A stretch of 64,000 nt of DNA, from NCBI GenBank assembly GCA_020631045.1, contig JAHDHZ010000002.1, positions 35,308 through 99,307 of the forward strand. Direction: 5' to 3'. Both the position numbers and the translations under genes were made by a program. Positions within the stretch are counted from its first letter, which is position 1. Every line of letters starts with the position of its first letter. This document shows positions 34,632 through 44,302 of this stretch, one piece after another. The notes under the pieces were generated by a model. The model did not search any database, had not been told where the DNA came from, and saw only the letters and a program-made list of their open reading frames with translations. The DNA is from Flavobacteriales bacterium. GTDB lineage: Bacteria > Bacteroidota > Bacteroidia > Flavobacteriales_G > JALEGO01.

Positions 34632-36032
34632 CTAATTCTTTGCTTTTTTAGCTTCTTTGACTTGTTTTTTAGTTTGAGGTTTGTATTGCAAATTCTTAAT
34701 TACAGAAATATCATAAGATGAAAGATCTACCTCAAAAAGATCTAATCCACCAAAACCATCTTCAGCATACTTTGAAATGTACGCTTTTTTTCGATCTTGG
34801 GTAATTGAAAAGTTAATCTCATCATCAAAGGTATTGATCGGATAGCCGAGGTTTTGCGGAGTTGTCCACTTGCCATCAACGAATGTAGACTTATAAATGT
34901 CATATCCTCCAACAGATGCGTGACCATTTGAAGAAAAATAAATCTCATTTCCGTTAGGATGCACAAAAACCATGCGTTCATCTTGTTCAGTATTGATTTG
35001 ATCTCCTAAATTAACAGGCTTAGACCATTGCTTAGAAGATATTTTATCAGAGTAATAAATATCAGCTCTTCCCATACCCCGTTTGTCTTCTGAGATGAAA
35101 AATAACCTTTTGCCATCACCTGTAATACTCGCAGAACTTTCAAAATAAGTTGTGTTGATGGGTTCTCCTAAAGTCTTTGCACTGCTGTACATACCAGAGG
35201 TCAATTTTCTAGACACATAAATATCTCCAGCACCTTTACCTGCATCTCCTTCATTTCTGTAAATAAACACTTGATCTGCTGAAGGAGCAATGGATAAAAT
35301 ACCATCATGGTTATCTGTATTGAGCTTCCCTTGCAAAGCTGAGGCCTTTTGCCATATTTTCATAGAATCATTCCAAAGAGAACTGTAAATATCTTCTAAG
35401 TATTTACTGTCATAAGGATCCCTTTTTCCGCCAGTTGTAGAAGGACGTCTTGAAGTAAATAAGATTTCTGAACCATCAGCAAGCACAGCAGGTCCGTACT
35501 CGTCATAAGAGGTGTTGATGTTTGATCCTAAATTGGTGATTTTAGCCTGAACAGGAGTTTGAATCAAATTCTGAGCAAATTCTAACTCAAAATTTAAGCG
35601 CTCAGCTTTTTTCTTAGATGACTTATCATACTTCTTAAGCGAGGCTAGATACAAGTCATTTTGTGATTTTGCCTTTTCAAAGGCTCCTTTTTTTTGTAAA
35701 GCTGAAGCATAATCATATCTGAATTCTCCTTTTACATCGGTAGTTGAGGCAAGAACTTTTTCAAAATTATCAATGGCCTGACTGTAATTTCTATTTTTCA
35801 ATTCAGAGAGGGCTAGCCTGTAGGTCAAACGAGCATCGCCCTGATTTTCAAGTAAGTATTTTTGACACAAGGCTGTAGAAAGATCATAATCACCTTCATC
35901 AAGTGCAGTGCGCACCTTCATCAAACGGTATGCGTCTTTTACTTTTAAGAAAATTGACCTCTTTTCTTGAGCGCTGAAGCCAAAAGAGATAAATAAAGCC
36001 ACTAAAAATAAAAATTGTCTCATCAACCACAT
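34632..36032 (-). CDS. TPR plus TolB-like (PD40/WD40-like) beta-propeller repeat protein
   Basis: N-terminal TPR-like helices. Repeated motifs E..P.....G..(L/I)(Y/F)F(S/T)S, characteristic of PD40 repeats. No C-terminal OmpA domain is present. Confidence 0.7.
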   Translation of the reverse strand: MWLMRQFLFLVALFISFGFSAQEKRSIFLKVKDAYRLMKVRTALDEGDYDLSTALCQKYLLENQGDARLTYRLALSELKNRNYSQAIDNFEKVLASTTDVKGEFRYDYASALQKKGAFEKAKSQNDLYLASLKKYDKSSKKKAERLNFELEFAQNLIQTPVQAKITNLGSNINTSYDEYGPAVLADGSEILFTSRRPSTTGGKRDPYDSKYLEDIYSSLWNDSMKIWQKASALQGKLNTDNHDGILSIAPSADQVFIYRNEGDAGKGAGDIYVSRKLTSGMYSSAKTLGEPINTTYFESSASITGDGKRLFFISEDKRGMGRADIYYSDKISSKQWSKPVNLGDQINTEQDERMVFVHPNGNEIYFSSNGHASVGGYDIYKSTFVDGKWTTPQNLGYPINTFDDEINFSITQDRKKAYISKYAEDGFGGLDLFEVDLSSYDISVIKNLQYKPQTKKQVKEAKKAKN

Positions 36033-36117
36033 AATTTACCCAACAAATATAAAAGAAAGCCAAAGCAATAACCAACATTCTTCTGAAAGGAGCAGTAAAT
36101 TTTTATGATTTTTCTCT

Positions 36118-36125
36118 TAGGTTTG
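36118..36125 (+). promoter_or_regulatory. Putative -7 promoter box (TAGGTTTG) 7 nt upstream of a start codon
   Basis: It matches TAnnTTTG; the ATG of the TrkH-family gene is at 36133. Confidence 0.35.
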
Positions 36126-36132
36126 TATCTAA

Positions 36133-37920
36133 ATGACCTTATCCTTTTATAAGACCTTTGAAAAAGCAAAAAAAGCATTCAGTCATCTGGCGGTTTTTGC
36201 ATCTATCATTTCTTTCTTAGGATTCTTATTTTACTATGGATTTGAACTTTCTACGAATCAGATTTTTTTACTTGAAAAAGTATTTAGTATTCTGATTATC
36301 ATATTTGTATGTAGTTTTTCACTCAATTTTATTCACGCCAATATTCAAGGAAGGCGTATTCCTAAAGCTTTTAATATTGTTATTGGAATCGTTGCTCTGA
36401 TTACCTTTTTAATGCTCTTTGAAATTGACAAACAGCTTTCTTTTATGTCACCATTGTGCTTTTTAAGACATGAGATTATGATTCGGCAAGCATTGTGTAT
36501 ATTTTTTGCTATTCATACTTTTTCAACACTTGAATTTAAAATAAAGTCTTCTTTGCTCAACCCAGCTCAAGTATTTGTCGTGAGTTTTATCATCATTGTA
36601 TTTTTAGGCACGTTGCTTTTGCTATTACCCAAAGCGACACATTCTGGCATCAGTATTTTAGATGCTTTTTTTACTGCCACCAGCGCAGTATGTGTAACAG
36701 GTCTTGTAGTTGTTGATACCGCTTCACATTTTACTTTTTTAGGCAAAGCCATTATTCTATTTCTCATTCAAATTGGAGGATTAGGCATCATGACCTTTAC
36801 CGTATTTTTTGCAAACTACTTTAAAGGCTATGCTTCTTACTCTTCACATCTGATGATCAAAGGCATTACCAGAAACAATAAATTGGCAGAAGGCATAGAT
36901 ACTTTAAAACAAATTTTAGCCATCACCTTAAGCATTGAACTTATAGGGTTCATTTTCATTTATTTGAGTACTTCAAATGCTTTTTTTGACGCTTCTACAC
37001 ATCTCAATTTTTCAATTTTTCATACTATTTCAGCTTTTTGTAATGCTGGATTTACCAATATTGAAAATGGCCTGCTAAATAATAATGTGCTGAATAATTT
37101 CTGGCTATACAATATAATCTCTTTTCTAATCGTCTTGGGTGGATTGGGTTTTCCTATATTATTTACACTTGTTAAAACCATCAAATACTATTTACAAAAA
37201 ATTACAGCTACACTTACTAATTCTAATTTTTATGAGCACAACCCCAGAGTGATTGACTTTAATTCCAGAATCGTTCTGATTACCTCATTTATTTTATTTT
37301 TCTCTGCTACCCTATTGTTCTTGTGTTTTGAGTGGAACCAAACACTTGTTGAATATAATTTATTTGAAAAAGTGTCTCTTTCTTTTTTCAATGCAGTCAC
37401 TCCCAGAACAGCTGGATTTAATGTTGTTGATCTCAGTGAGCTCTCGATAGCTAGCATCATGATTATATTTCTACTTATGTGGATTGGAGCTTCTCCTGCC
37501 TCTACTGGCGGAGGAATCAAGACCACTACATTTGCCATTGCCTCTTTAAATATTTTAAGTGTAGCTGCCGCAAAAAGTAAAATAGAGCTGTTTAGAAGAA
37601 AAATAAGCACGAACTCCATTCAAAGAGCTTTTGCAACAATTTCTTTGTCTTTAATTATGATCGGACTTGGTGTTTTTGTTATGAGTATTTATCAGCCTCA
37701 AATGAGCTTTAAGGCCATCGCATTTGAGTGCTTTTCAGCATACAGTACAGTTGGATTGAGTCTTGGAATTACGAGTAAACTAAATATGGTCAGCAAACTT
37801 GTGCTAATTATACTTATGTTTACAGGAAGAGTAAGCATGCTTACTTTGGTAGATGCTATGATTAAAGACGCTAAAAACATCAATTACAAATATCCAAACG
37901 AAGATATTTTAATCAGTTAA
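36133..37920 (+). CDS. TrkH/KtrB family potassium uptake membrane subunit (with a ~110-aa N-terminal extension)
   Basis: Four pore-loop-like segments with conserved Gly (CVTGLVV, CNAGFTN, RTAGFNV, STVGLSLG). Polytopic membrane protein. Confidence 0.85.
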   Translation: MTLSFYKTFEKAKKAFSHLAVFASIISFLGFLFYYGFELSTNQIFLLEKVFSILIIIFVCSFSLNFIHANIQGRRIPKAFNIVIGIVALITFLMLFEIDKQLSFMSPLCFLRHEIMIRQALCIFFAIHTFSTLEFKIKSSLLNPAQVFVVSFIIIVFLGTLLLLLPKATHSGISILDAFFTATSAVCVTGLVVVDTASHFTFLGKAIILFLIQIGGLGIMTFTVFFANYFKGYASYSSHLMIKGITRNNKLAEGIDTLKQILAITLSIELIGFIFIYLSTSNAFFDASTHLNFSIFHTISAFCNAGFTNIENGLLNNNVLNNFWLYNIISFLIVLGGLGFPILFTLVKTIKYYLQKITATLTNSNFYEHNPRVIDFNSRIVLITSFILFFSATLLFLCFEWNQTLVEYNLFEKVSLSFFNAVTPRTAGFNVVDLSELSIASIMIIFLLMWIGASPASTGGGIKTTTFAIASLNILSVAAAKSKIELFRRKISTNSIQRAFATISLSLIMIGLGVFVMSIYQPQMSFKAIAFECFSAYSTVGLSLGITSKLNMVSKLVLIILMFTGRVSMLTLVDAMIKDAKNINYKYPNEDILIS

Positions 37921-37921
37921 T

Positions 37922-38608
37922 ATGAAATATATCATTATTGGTCTAGGGAATTTTGGAAGCTCTCTCTCTGTTCAACTTACCTCAATGGGGCATGAAGTTA
38001 TTGGAATTGACAATGAAATGGGAAAAGTAGAGCACCTAAAAGATAAATTAACCCATGTGGTATGCCTTGACTCGACTGACATCAATGCGGTAAATACGCT
38101 TCCTTTGGCAAATACCGATATGGTTATTGTATGTATTGGCGAAGATCAAGGAGCTAATATTATGTCTACCGCAATCATGAAACAGCTCAAAGTTAAGCAT
38201 TTGGTTAGCAGAGCAATAAACCCGCTACACCAAACAGTACTTGAAGCAATGGGGGTCGATGAAATTGTACACCCTGAAGAAGATTCGGCCATTAGATTTG
38301 CAAAAAAGTTAGATATCAAGGGAGTCATTGATTCTTTTGAACTTACTCCTGGATTCAACATTATTGAAGCAAGAGTACCCCAGAGATACATAGGCAAAAC
38401 ACTTGAAGAAGTTAAGTTTCGAAAAAACTATAATGTTGTTGTGCTTACTACCATTAAAGAAAAACAAGAAAAAAACTTATTGGGCATTGAAAAGACCGTC
38501 ACCAAAACACAAGGAGTAGCATCCTCTCAAACCTTACTTGAGCAAGATGACATTATTGTCATGTATGGTGCTATAGAAGACATTCAGAAACTACTTAAAA
38601 ACGCCTAA
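37922..38608 (+). CDS. TrkA/KtrA potassium uptake regulatory (RCK) subunit
   Basis: N-terminal Rossmann IIGLGNFGSSL, ~228 aa, starting 2 nt after the stop of the membrane subunit gene. Confidence 0.85.
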   Translation: MKYIIIGLGNFGSSLSVQLTSMGHEVIGIDNEMGKVEHLKDKLTHVVCLDSTDINAVNTLPLANTDMVIVCIGEDQGANIMSTAIMKQLKVKHLVSRAINPLHQTVLEAMGVDEIVHPEEDSAIRFAKKLDIKGVIDSFELTPGFNIIEARVPQRYIGKTLEEVKFRKNYNVVVLTTIKEKQEKNLLGIEKTVTKTQGVASSQTLLEQDDIIVMYGAIEDIQKLLKNA

Positions 38609-39390
38609 TGCCATTTAAAGAAAACTTAAACAGTATCATTTTCGGAACCAATACAAAGGCTGGTAAACGGTTTGATGTTTTTTTACTTTTTGCTATTTTA
38701 TTGAGCGTGCTATTTGTGATGCTTGAAAGTGTTCCATCATTTAATGAGCAGTACGGAAATATTTTTGTTGCCTTTGAGCTGTTTTTCACCATATTTTTTA
38801 CACTCGAGTACGCCCTTCGTATATACATTAGTCCAAAACCATTAAAATACATTACCAGTTTTTGGGGCGTTATTGATTTGTTGTCTATTCTACCTACTTA
38901 CTTAGGCATTTTCTACTCTAATTATAGATTTTTTAGAGCTATAAGAATCTTTAGGTTATTAAGGGCTTTTACTATTTTAAACTTAAAAGAATTTACAGGA
39001 GAGAGTAATTATCTTGCCGGGGCTTTAATGGCAAGCAGAAGCAAAATTCTAGTATTCCTATCTTTTATTCTTACTGTTGTTTGTTGTATGGGAACCATTA
39101 TGTATGTGGTAGAGGGTGCAGACAATGGCTTTACTACAATTCCTCAAAGTATTTATTGGTCTATTGTTACCATTACTACTGTAGGATACGGTGACATTGC
39201 CCCAGCTACCGTTTTAGGGAAAGTGATCGCAAGTCTTTCAATGATTATAGGTTATGCCATTATTGCTATTCCGACCGGAATTGTGACCAGTGAGTTTCAA
39301 AAAGCTAAGGCTTTAAAGAATTGTAAAAAATGTGACATGAGCATTAAAAAGTCAGATCGATTTTGCTTTCAATGCGGAACAAAGCAATAA
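38608..39390 (+). CDS. Voltage-sensor-containing K+ channel with a C-terminal zinc ribbon
   Basis: S4-like RAIRIFRLLRAF (Arg every third residue), selectivity filter TTVGYGD, and a C-terminal CKKC-x10-CFQC. Confidence 0.85.
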   Translation: MPFKENLNSIIFGTNTKAGKRFDVFLLFAILLSVLFVMLESVPSFNEQYGNIFVAFELFFTIFFTLEYALRIYISPKPLKYITSFWGVIDLLSILPTYLGIFYSNYRFFRAIRIFRLLRAFTILNLKEFTGESNYLAGALMASRSKILVFLSFILTVVCCMGTIMYVVEGADNGFTTIPQSIYWSIVTITTVGYGDIAPATVLGKVIASLSMIIGYAIIAIPTGIVTSEFQKAKALKNCKKCDMSIKKSDRFCFQCGTKQ

Positions 39391-40053
39391 TTATTGCTCA
39401 AAATTAAAATCAAAGGCTCGCTTTCCTTCTTTAAAGACCACTACAAAAACATCGGGGTAACCTTCATCTCTTATCTTAAGTTTTAAGTCATCTGCCTGCC
39501 TTAGATAAGAATAATCAGCGACTGTAAACCTAGTAATATCGTCATCTAAAGTGTAAGCTCTTACATCGCCATACTGATTAAACTTACCTGCCTGAAAGCT
39601 TTCTGCATTTTTGTATGCTCCGATCTGAACTCTAAAAGTCACATCTTCAAAATCATACAAGCCATAATTATCTAAAATGTTTTGGTAATCTCTTTTGTTT
39701 TTTACTTGTATATTTTTGACATCAACTTTTTCGACAATGCTAGAACTTGACTTTTCTTCTGAAAACATAGCAATGTCATAATTTTGATAAACTACCTTTT
39801 GTGTCTGAGTGTCAATTTTTGTTTCAGCTTCTTGATATGTGCCATTTAAAAATTTCCACAGTTGCTGCTTTCCTTGCTTGATCATCGATGCGTGCAAAGG
39901 CGCACTTTTTAAAGAATCAACCGATTTTGTAAGTGAATCACTCAGTACAGTTTGGTTTGAGTCTAGAGATACAACCTTAATTGAATCTTCTTGCGCCATC
40001 AATGTAAAATGCACTAATGAGGTTATAATAAGACAAATATGCTTCATAAACAT
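39391..40053 (-). CDS. SPOR-like domain protein (secreted)
   Basis: Signal peptide. The C-terminal FRVQIGAYKNAESF...YSYLRQADDLKLKIRDEGYPDVFVV resembles the SPOR peptidoglycan-binding fold. Confidence 0.55.
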   Translation of the reverse strand: MFMKHICLIITSLVHFTLMAQEDSIKVVSLDSNQTVLSDSLTKSVDSLKSAPLHASMIKQGKQQLWKFLNGTYQEAETKIDTQTQKVVYQNYDIAMFSEEKSSSSIVEKVDVKNIQVKNKRDYQNILDNYGLYDFEDVTFRVQIGAYKNAESFQAGKFNQYGDVRAYTLDDDITRFTVADYSYLRQADDLKLKIRDEGYPDVFVVVFKEGKRAFDFNFEQ

Positions 40054-40059
40054 TACTAT

Positions 40060-41325
40060 CTACGCTTCGAAAGATAAAATAGTTTCAGAAATAATTTTGA
40101 GGCATTCATTAAGCTCTTGCTCATTAATTACTAAAGGAGGTGCAAAACGAATGATGTTACCGTGTGTAGGTTTTGCCAACAACCCGTTTTCTTTAAGGCG
40201 AACACAAATATCCCAAGCAGAAAAATTCAAATTCTCATCAATAACTATGGCGTTTAACAATCCTTTGCCTCTTACTTTTTGAATGATTTTACTTGGTATC
40301 TCCCTAAGTTTTTGTCTGAGTAACTCTCCTAACTTAAAAGCATTTTCTTGTAGGTTTTCTTGCTCAACAACTTCTAAGGCTGCTACAGCGACTTTACATG
40401 CCAAAGGATTTCCGCCGAAAGTAGATCCATGCTCCCCTGGTTGAATACACAACATAATCTCTTTAGAAGATAACACGGCAGATACTGGTAAAACTCCACC
40501 CGAAAGGGCTTTTCCTAAAATCAGGATATCTGGTTTTACCTCAGGAGTTTTATTGCATTGGCTTGTACAAGAACAATTTCCGCATGTGGCAAGTAGTTTT
40601 CCTGTTCTAGCAATGCCTGTTTGCACTTCATCAGCAATAAAGAGTACATTGTTTTGCTTACATAAATCAAAACATGCTTTTAAATATCCTTCATCAGGTA
40701 CATTTACTCCCGCTTCACCTTGAATGGGTTCAACTAAAAATGCAACTATATTTTGATCTCGCTTAATTTGCTGCTCAAGAGCAGCAACATCGTTGTACTC
40801 AATACTTATAATCCCTGGTGTGTAAGGGCCAAAATCATTGCGCGCATCAGGATCATTTGACGCTGAGATAATGGTAATTGTTCTTCCGTGAAAGTTATTT
40901 TTACATACTACAATTTTTGCTTGATCTTGGGCTACTCCTTTTTTCTGATAGCCCCATTTTCTTGCAAGTTTAATCGCTGTTTCGACTGCTTCTGCACCAG
41001 TATTCATTGGCAAAACCATGTCAAAACCAAAGAAATCAGTTATGTATTTTTCATAAGTACCTAAAGCACTGTTGTAAAAAGCTCTTGATGTTAAGGTGAG
41101 TTTCTCAGCCTGCTCTTTTAACGCACTGACAATATGTGGATGGCAATGTCCTTGATTGACTGCCGAGTAAGCTGACAAGAAATCAAAATACTTATTACCC
41201 TCTAAATCCCATACATAGACTCCTTTACCTTGATCTAAGACAACAGGAAGTGGATGGTAATTGTGCGCACCAAATTCATTTTCTAGTGCAATGGCTTGTT
41301 GTGAACTTAATTTACTCATGCGCAC
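40060..41325 (-). CDS. rocD: Ornithine--oxo-acid aminotransferase
   Basis: Class III aminotransferase motifs: [13 protein letters not shown] and LGKALSGG (PLP Lys). The N-terminal [16 protein letters not shown] is typical of OAT. Confidence 0.85.
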   Translation of the reverse strand: MRMSKLSSQQAIALENEFGAHNYHPLPVVLDQGKGVYVWDLEGNKYFDFLSAYSAVNQGHCHPHIVSALKEQAEKLTLTSRAFYNSALGTYEKYITDFFGFDMVLPMNTGAEAVETAIKLARKWGYQKKGVAQDQAKIVVCKNNFHGRTITIISASNDPDARNDFGPYTPGIISIEYNDVAALEQQIKRDQNIVAFLVEPIQGEAGVNVPDEGYLKACFDLCKQNNVLFIADEVQTGIARTGKLLATCGNCSCTSQCNKTPEVKPDILILGKALSGGVLPVSAVLSSKEIMLCIQPGEHGSTFGGNPLACKVAVAALEVVEQENLQENAFKLGELLRQKLREIPSKIIQKVRGKGLLNAIVIDENLNFSAWDICVRLKENGLLAKPTHGNIIRFAPPLVINEQELNECLKIISETILSFEA

Positions 41326-41358
41326 AAAAATAACAAATCACTGCTAAGGCCATTTATA

Positions 41359-42012
41359 TTAATTGTAAAAAACTTCACGATATACCTCTAATGAGAGTAG
41401 TGAGCGATCGCTTATATAAGTATGAAAGTAAATTATAAGCAGATCAAACATTTGTTTCTCATTTATAGCTGTTTTCAATTCAGCGAATTTATGTTGATTG
41501 GTTAGATAAAGGGTTTCTAATATTTCTTGGTTTTCAATGTGCTCAGCTAAAAAAGATTTATTTTCAAAAAATTGCACCCCTAAGGCATCAAAAACTCTAA
41601 ACATAAAAAAACACAGGTGCAAAGAAAATGTTTTTTCTTGATGTATATTGATGATTAAATCTCTAAGCTGATCGTAAAATCTCACCTGTAATTGATGTTC
41701 TTTCAAACTGTTTAGCAACACTTCTGACATTAAAGTAAATGCCGCATTTCTTGAAATATTTGACTCTAATTGCCCGTCATGATACACCGTACCTAATTCT
41801 TTAAATGTAGATAGTTTTTCTTCTTTTTTAAAGAAAGTAATTTCTACAATTTGCATAGGAAGCAGAACTGATTTCAGTGTTTTTCTCTGATTTGAATTCA
41901 TGCGCACAAACATAGAAATCACCCCATAATCATGGGTAAACACCTTTAATATTAAACTAGATGAAGTATGCTGAGATGCTTTTAAGACAATGGCTTGATC
42001 AGTACAAAGCAT
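41359..42012 (-). CDS. recO: DNA repair protein RecO
   Basis: The size and the N-terminal OB-fold-like pattern (QAIVLKA....SSLILKVFT..YGVISMFVR) fit. No C-terminal zinc motif is visible. Confidence 0.65.
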   Translation of the reverse strand: MLCTDQAIVLKASQHTSSSLILKVFTHDYGVISMFVRMNSNQRKTLKSVLLPMQIVEITFFKKEEKLSTFKELGTVYHDGQLESNISRNAAFTLMSEVLLNSLKEHQLQVRFYDQLRDLIINIHQEKTFSLHLCFFMFRVFDALGVQFFENKSFLAEHIENQEILETLYLTNQHKFAELKTAINEKQMFDLLIIYFHTYISDRSLLSLEVYREVFYN

Positions 42013-42016
42013 CTAG

Positions 42017-44287
42017 TTAATGTGACTTTATGATTTTACCTGCAAATGAAGAACGATTGTTCACTGAAAGGGCATAAATCAAATAAACACCTGCTGGCAC
42101 TACATTACCTTGGTCATCTTTTTGATCCCAAGTAACCATTCCTCCCCTAGCTTGTAATCTTCTAACTGCATTGCCTGAAACATCAGTAATACTAACTTCA
42201 GCATTTTTAGTAAGTCCAGTAACAGAAATTAAACCACTGTAATTTGGTTTTATGGGATTAGGAAAAATCAAAGCAGAACTAAAATCAGAGGCTGCTGTAC
42301 TGGCATCAGATCGATAAATGCAAATACCCTTGTCTGTGGCGATAAGCACCTCCCCTGTTTGATTTAAAATAGCGATGTCTAAAATTGAGTTTGAAAGTAA
42401 AGGTGAATTTTCTGTATTAAACCTCAAGACTTGTTGATCAGCACTTTCAGAAAGTAAGAATACTCCGTTGTTTTCTGTGCCAATCCATTTTCTATTGGCC
42501 TGATCAATTGCAATAGAGGTAATGTATTGATCTTCTAATACAGTTACCAAAAAACCATCAACATTAGCCTCAACCTGACGAGCGTCAGTTGGATTATTAA
42601 CAATGTCTGCTGCCGCATCAAAAACAGCCAAACCAGATGTTGTACCAATCCAAACATTCTGATCTAAATCTTCAGCAAAAGCATATACTTTGTTTGAAGG
42701 TAAATTCCCCGTATTTATTGCCGAATTAAAAATTTTATACCGATCATCAGAGGCATTTTCAACAGTCTGATTATCGTCATAAACTAACACGCCAGGATTT
42801 GGTCCGTCAAGTACTTGCAACCATTTTAAAGAAGAAGAGCTGACCATAAGATCTCTAATGTTGAAACGATTAGAAAGTTCTGAGATTGCAAAACTAAACC
42901 ACTGCTGATCTGATGTATACACTCTAAAGCCTTCAGCAGAATTGTTATTGCCTAACCAAAGGTTACCCATTTGATCGTAGCTTAAAGCTGAAACCATGTT
43001 GCTTTCTAAAACACTGCCATCTGAAACAAAGTTTGTTTGAGCTTCTGGGCTTAAAATATTAACACCTGAAGATGCAGATGCAGTTGCAATGTTTGAGCCA
43101 TATACAGAGAGACCTAAAATATCTTTTTGAGATTCAAAAATAGTATATTGGTCTGAAAGATTTTCCCATGTAAAATCATGGTAAACAAACACATCTGCAG
43201 TCTGAAAAAACGGTGCAGAAATGGTAGGATTTACCCCTCCTGGAGCAACATATATTTTATTATTTTGTTCAAACATTCTAAAAGCTGAATTTGTTTTAGG
43301 TCCGCTTACCTCAAAGGTTTGAGCATCTGAGTTACCCAAAGTAAAACGGTTTTCAGCAATCCAAACTTTCCCCTGATCATCAAACATAGCAGCATTTAAA
43401 TCAACATTCTTATTGGCTTGCTCATCATATGTAAAGACAACGTTTGTTCTTGTATAATTCTCATCATATACATTGATGTTGTATTGAGTGGCGAGGAGTA
43501 TCCTATTTTGTATAAAATCAATAGAAAACACTTGCTGAGTTTCACCTTCTAGATTGAGTGCTGAAAAATTGTTTCCGTCAAATGAAAAAATGGTGTCGCT
43601 TTCATCTTCTAGGTATTGGTTTAAAATAATTTGCTGATCAAATAAAATAGCGTGGTTAAAGTACCCTTCTTTTAATCTATTCCATTGAGTTTGGGTATTT
43701 ACTTGCACAGCTTCAATTGCTATGGTGTAAACACCAAGATTAGTAAAAGCGTAAAAGTGATTTTGATAGAGTGTAAAATCAAATACCGTTAAATTTTGAT
43801 CATCAACAGTATACCTATTTTTAAATTCTCTTTTCTCTAAATCAAACTCAAGCACACCAAATCCACCTAATAAATAAGCTGTTTGATCGATGATCTTGAC
43901 CTCTTCAATGCGTTTACTGCCTGTAATCTCACTTCTTTTTAAATCATCAAAATTTTCAATACGCTCAGACTGATCAATCACGTCTAAATTACCGTTCTCA
44001 TAACCAATGAGCAACAAAGAGTTTGATGCATTAGAGGCCAAGCAAGAAATCTCTATATCTGAAAGCCCATTGGTTTTGTTTAAAAACTCAATGTTTTTAG
44101 ATTCAGTATCGTACAACAAAACTGTTGTTTTACTCGAAGCACAAATTTGAGTATAAAACTGAGCAATGTCATAAGTAGCTGCAAAAGGCGTATGATAAGA
44201 CCAATTGCCAACAGCGGTTTTTTGTTGTGCAAATCCACAAAAAATGAAACTCAAAAGAAATACACACAGAATTAAGCGCCTTATCAT
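42017..44287 (-). CDS. Double beta-propeller protein with a T9SS-type C-terminal domain; PorZ-like
   Basis: Signal peptide, two-component-regulator-propeller-like repeats (GLS...I..I..D..G..WIGT), and a C-terminal FPNPIKPN...GVYLIYA sorting-domain pattern. Adjacency to recO is recalled as common for porZ. Confidence 0.5.
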   Translation of the reverse strand: MIRRLILCVFLLSFIFCGFAQQKTAVGNWSYHTPFAATYDIAQFYTQICASSKTTVLLYDTESKNIEFLNKTNGLSDIEISCLASNASNSLLLIGYENGNLDVIDQSERIENFDDLKRSEITGSKRIEEVKIIDQTAYLLGGFGVLEFDLEKREFKNRYTVDDQNLTVFDFTLYQNHFYAFTNLGVYTIAIEAVQVNTQTQWNRLKEGYFNHAILFDQQIILNQYLEDESDTIFSFDGNNFSALNLEGETQQVFSIDFIQNRILLATQYNINVYDENYTRTNVVFTYDEQANKNVDLNAAMFDDQGKVWIAENRFTLGNSDAQTFEVSGPKTNSAFRMFEQNNKIYVAPGGVNPTISAPFFQTADVFVYHDFTWENLSDQYTIFESQKDILGLSVYGSNIATASASSGVNILSPEAQTNFVSDGSVLESNMVSALSYDQMGNLWLGNNNSAEGFRVYTSDQQWFSFAISELSNRFNIRDLMVSSSSLKWLQVLDGPNPGVLVYDDNQTVENASDDRYKIFNSAINTGNLPSNKVYAFAEDLDQNVWIGTTSGLAVFDAAADIVNNPTDARQVEANVDGFLVTVLEDQYITSIAIDQANRKWIGTENNGVFLLSESADQQVLRFNTENSPLLSNSILDIAILNQTGEVLIATDKGICIYRSDASTAASDFSSALIFPNPIKPNYSGLISVTGLTKNAEVSITDVSGNAVRRLQARGGMVTWDQKDDQGNVVPAGVYLIYALSVNNRSSFAGKIIKSH

Positions 44288-44302
44288 AGAAGACCAAATT
44301 TA

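Noticed and set aside
37230-37883. Antisense ORFs 37230-37619(-) and 37698-37883(-), plus 36567-36767(-), inside the TrkH-family gene
   Set aside because: They are embedded in a well-supported membrane-protein frame. They have no start context or recognisable motifs, so they are shadow ORFs.
39839-40282. 147-aa plus-strand ORF spanning the SPOR-like/rocD junction
   Set aside because: It runs antisense across two supported minus-strand genes and their 6-nt spacer. It has no motifs and is a chance open frame in AT-rich DNA.
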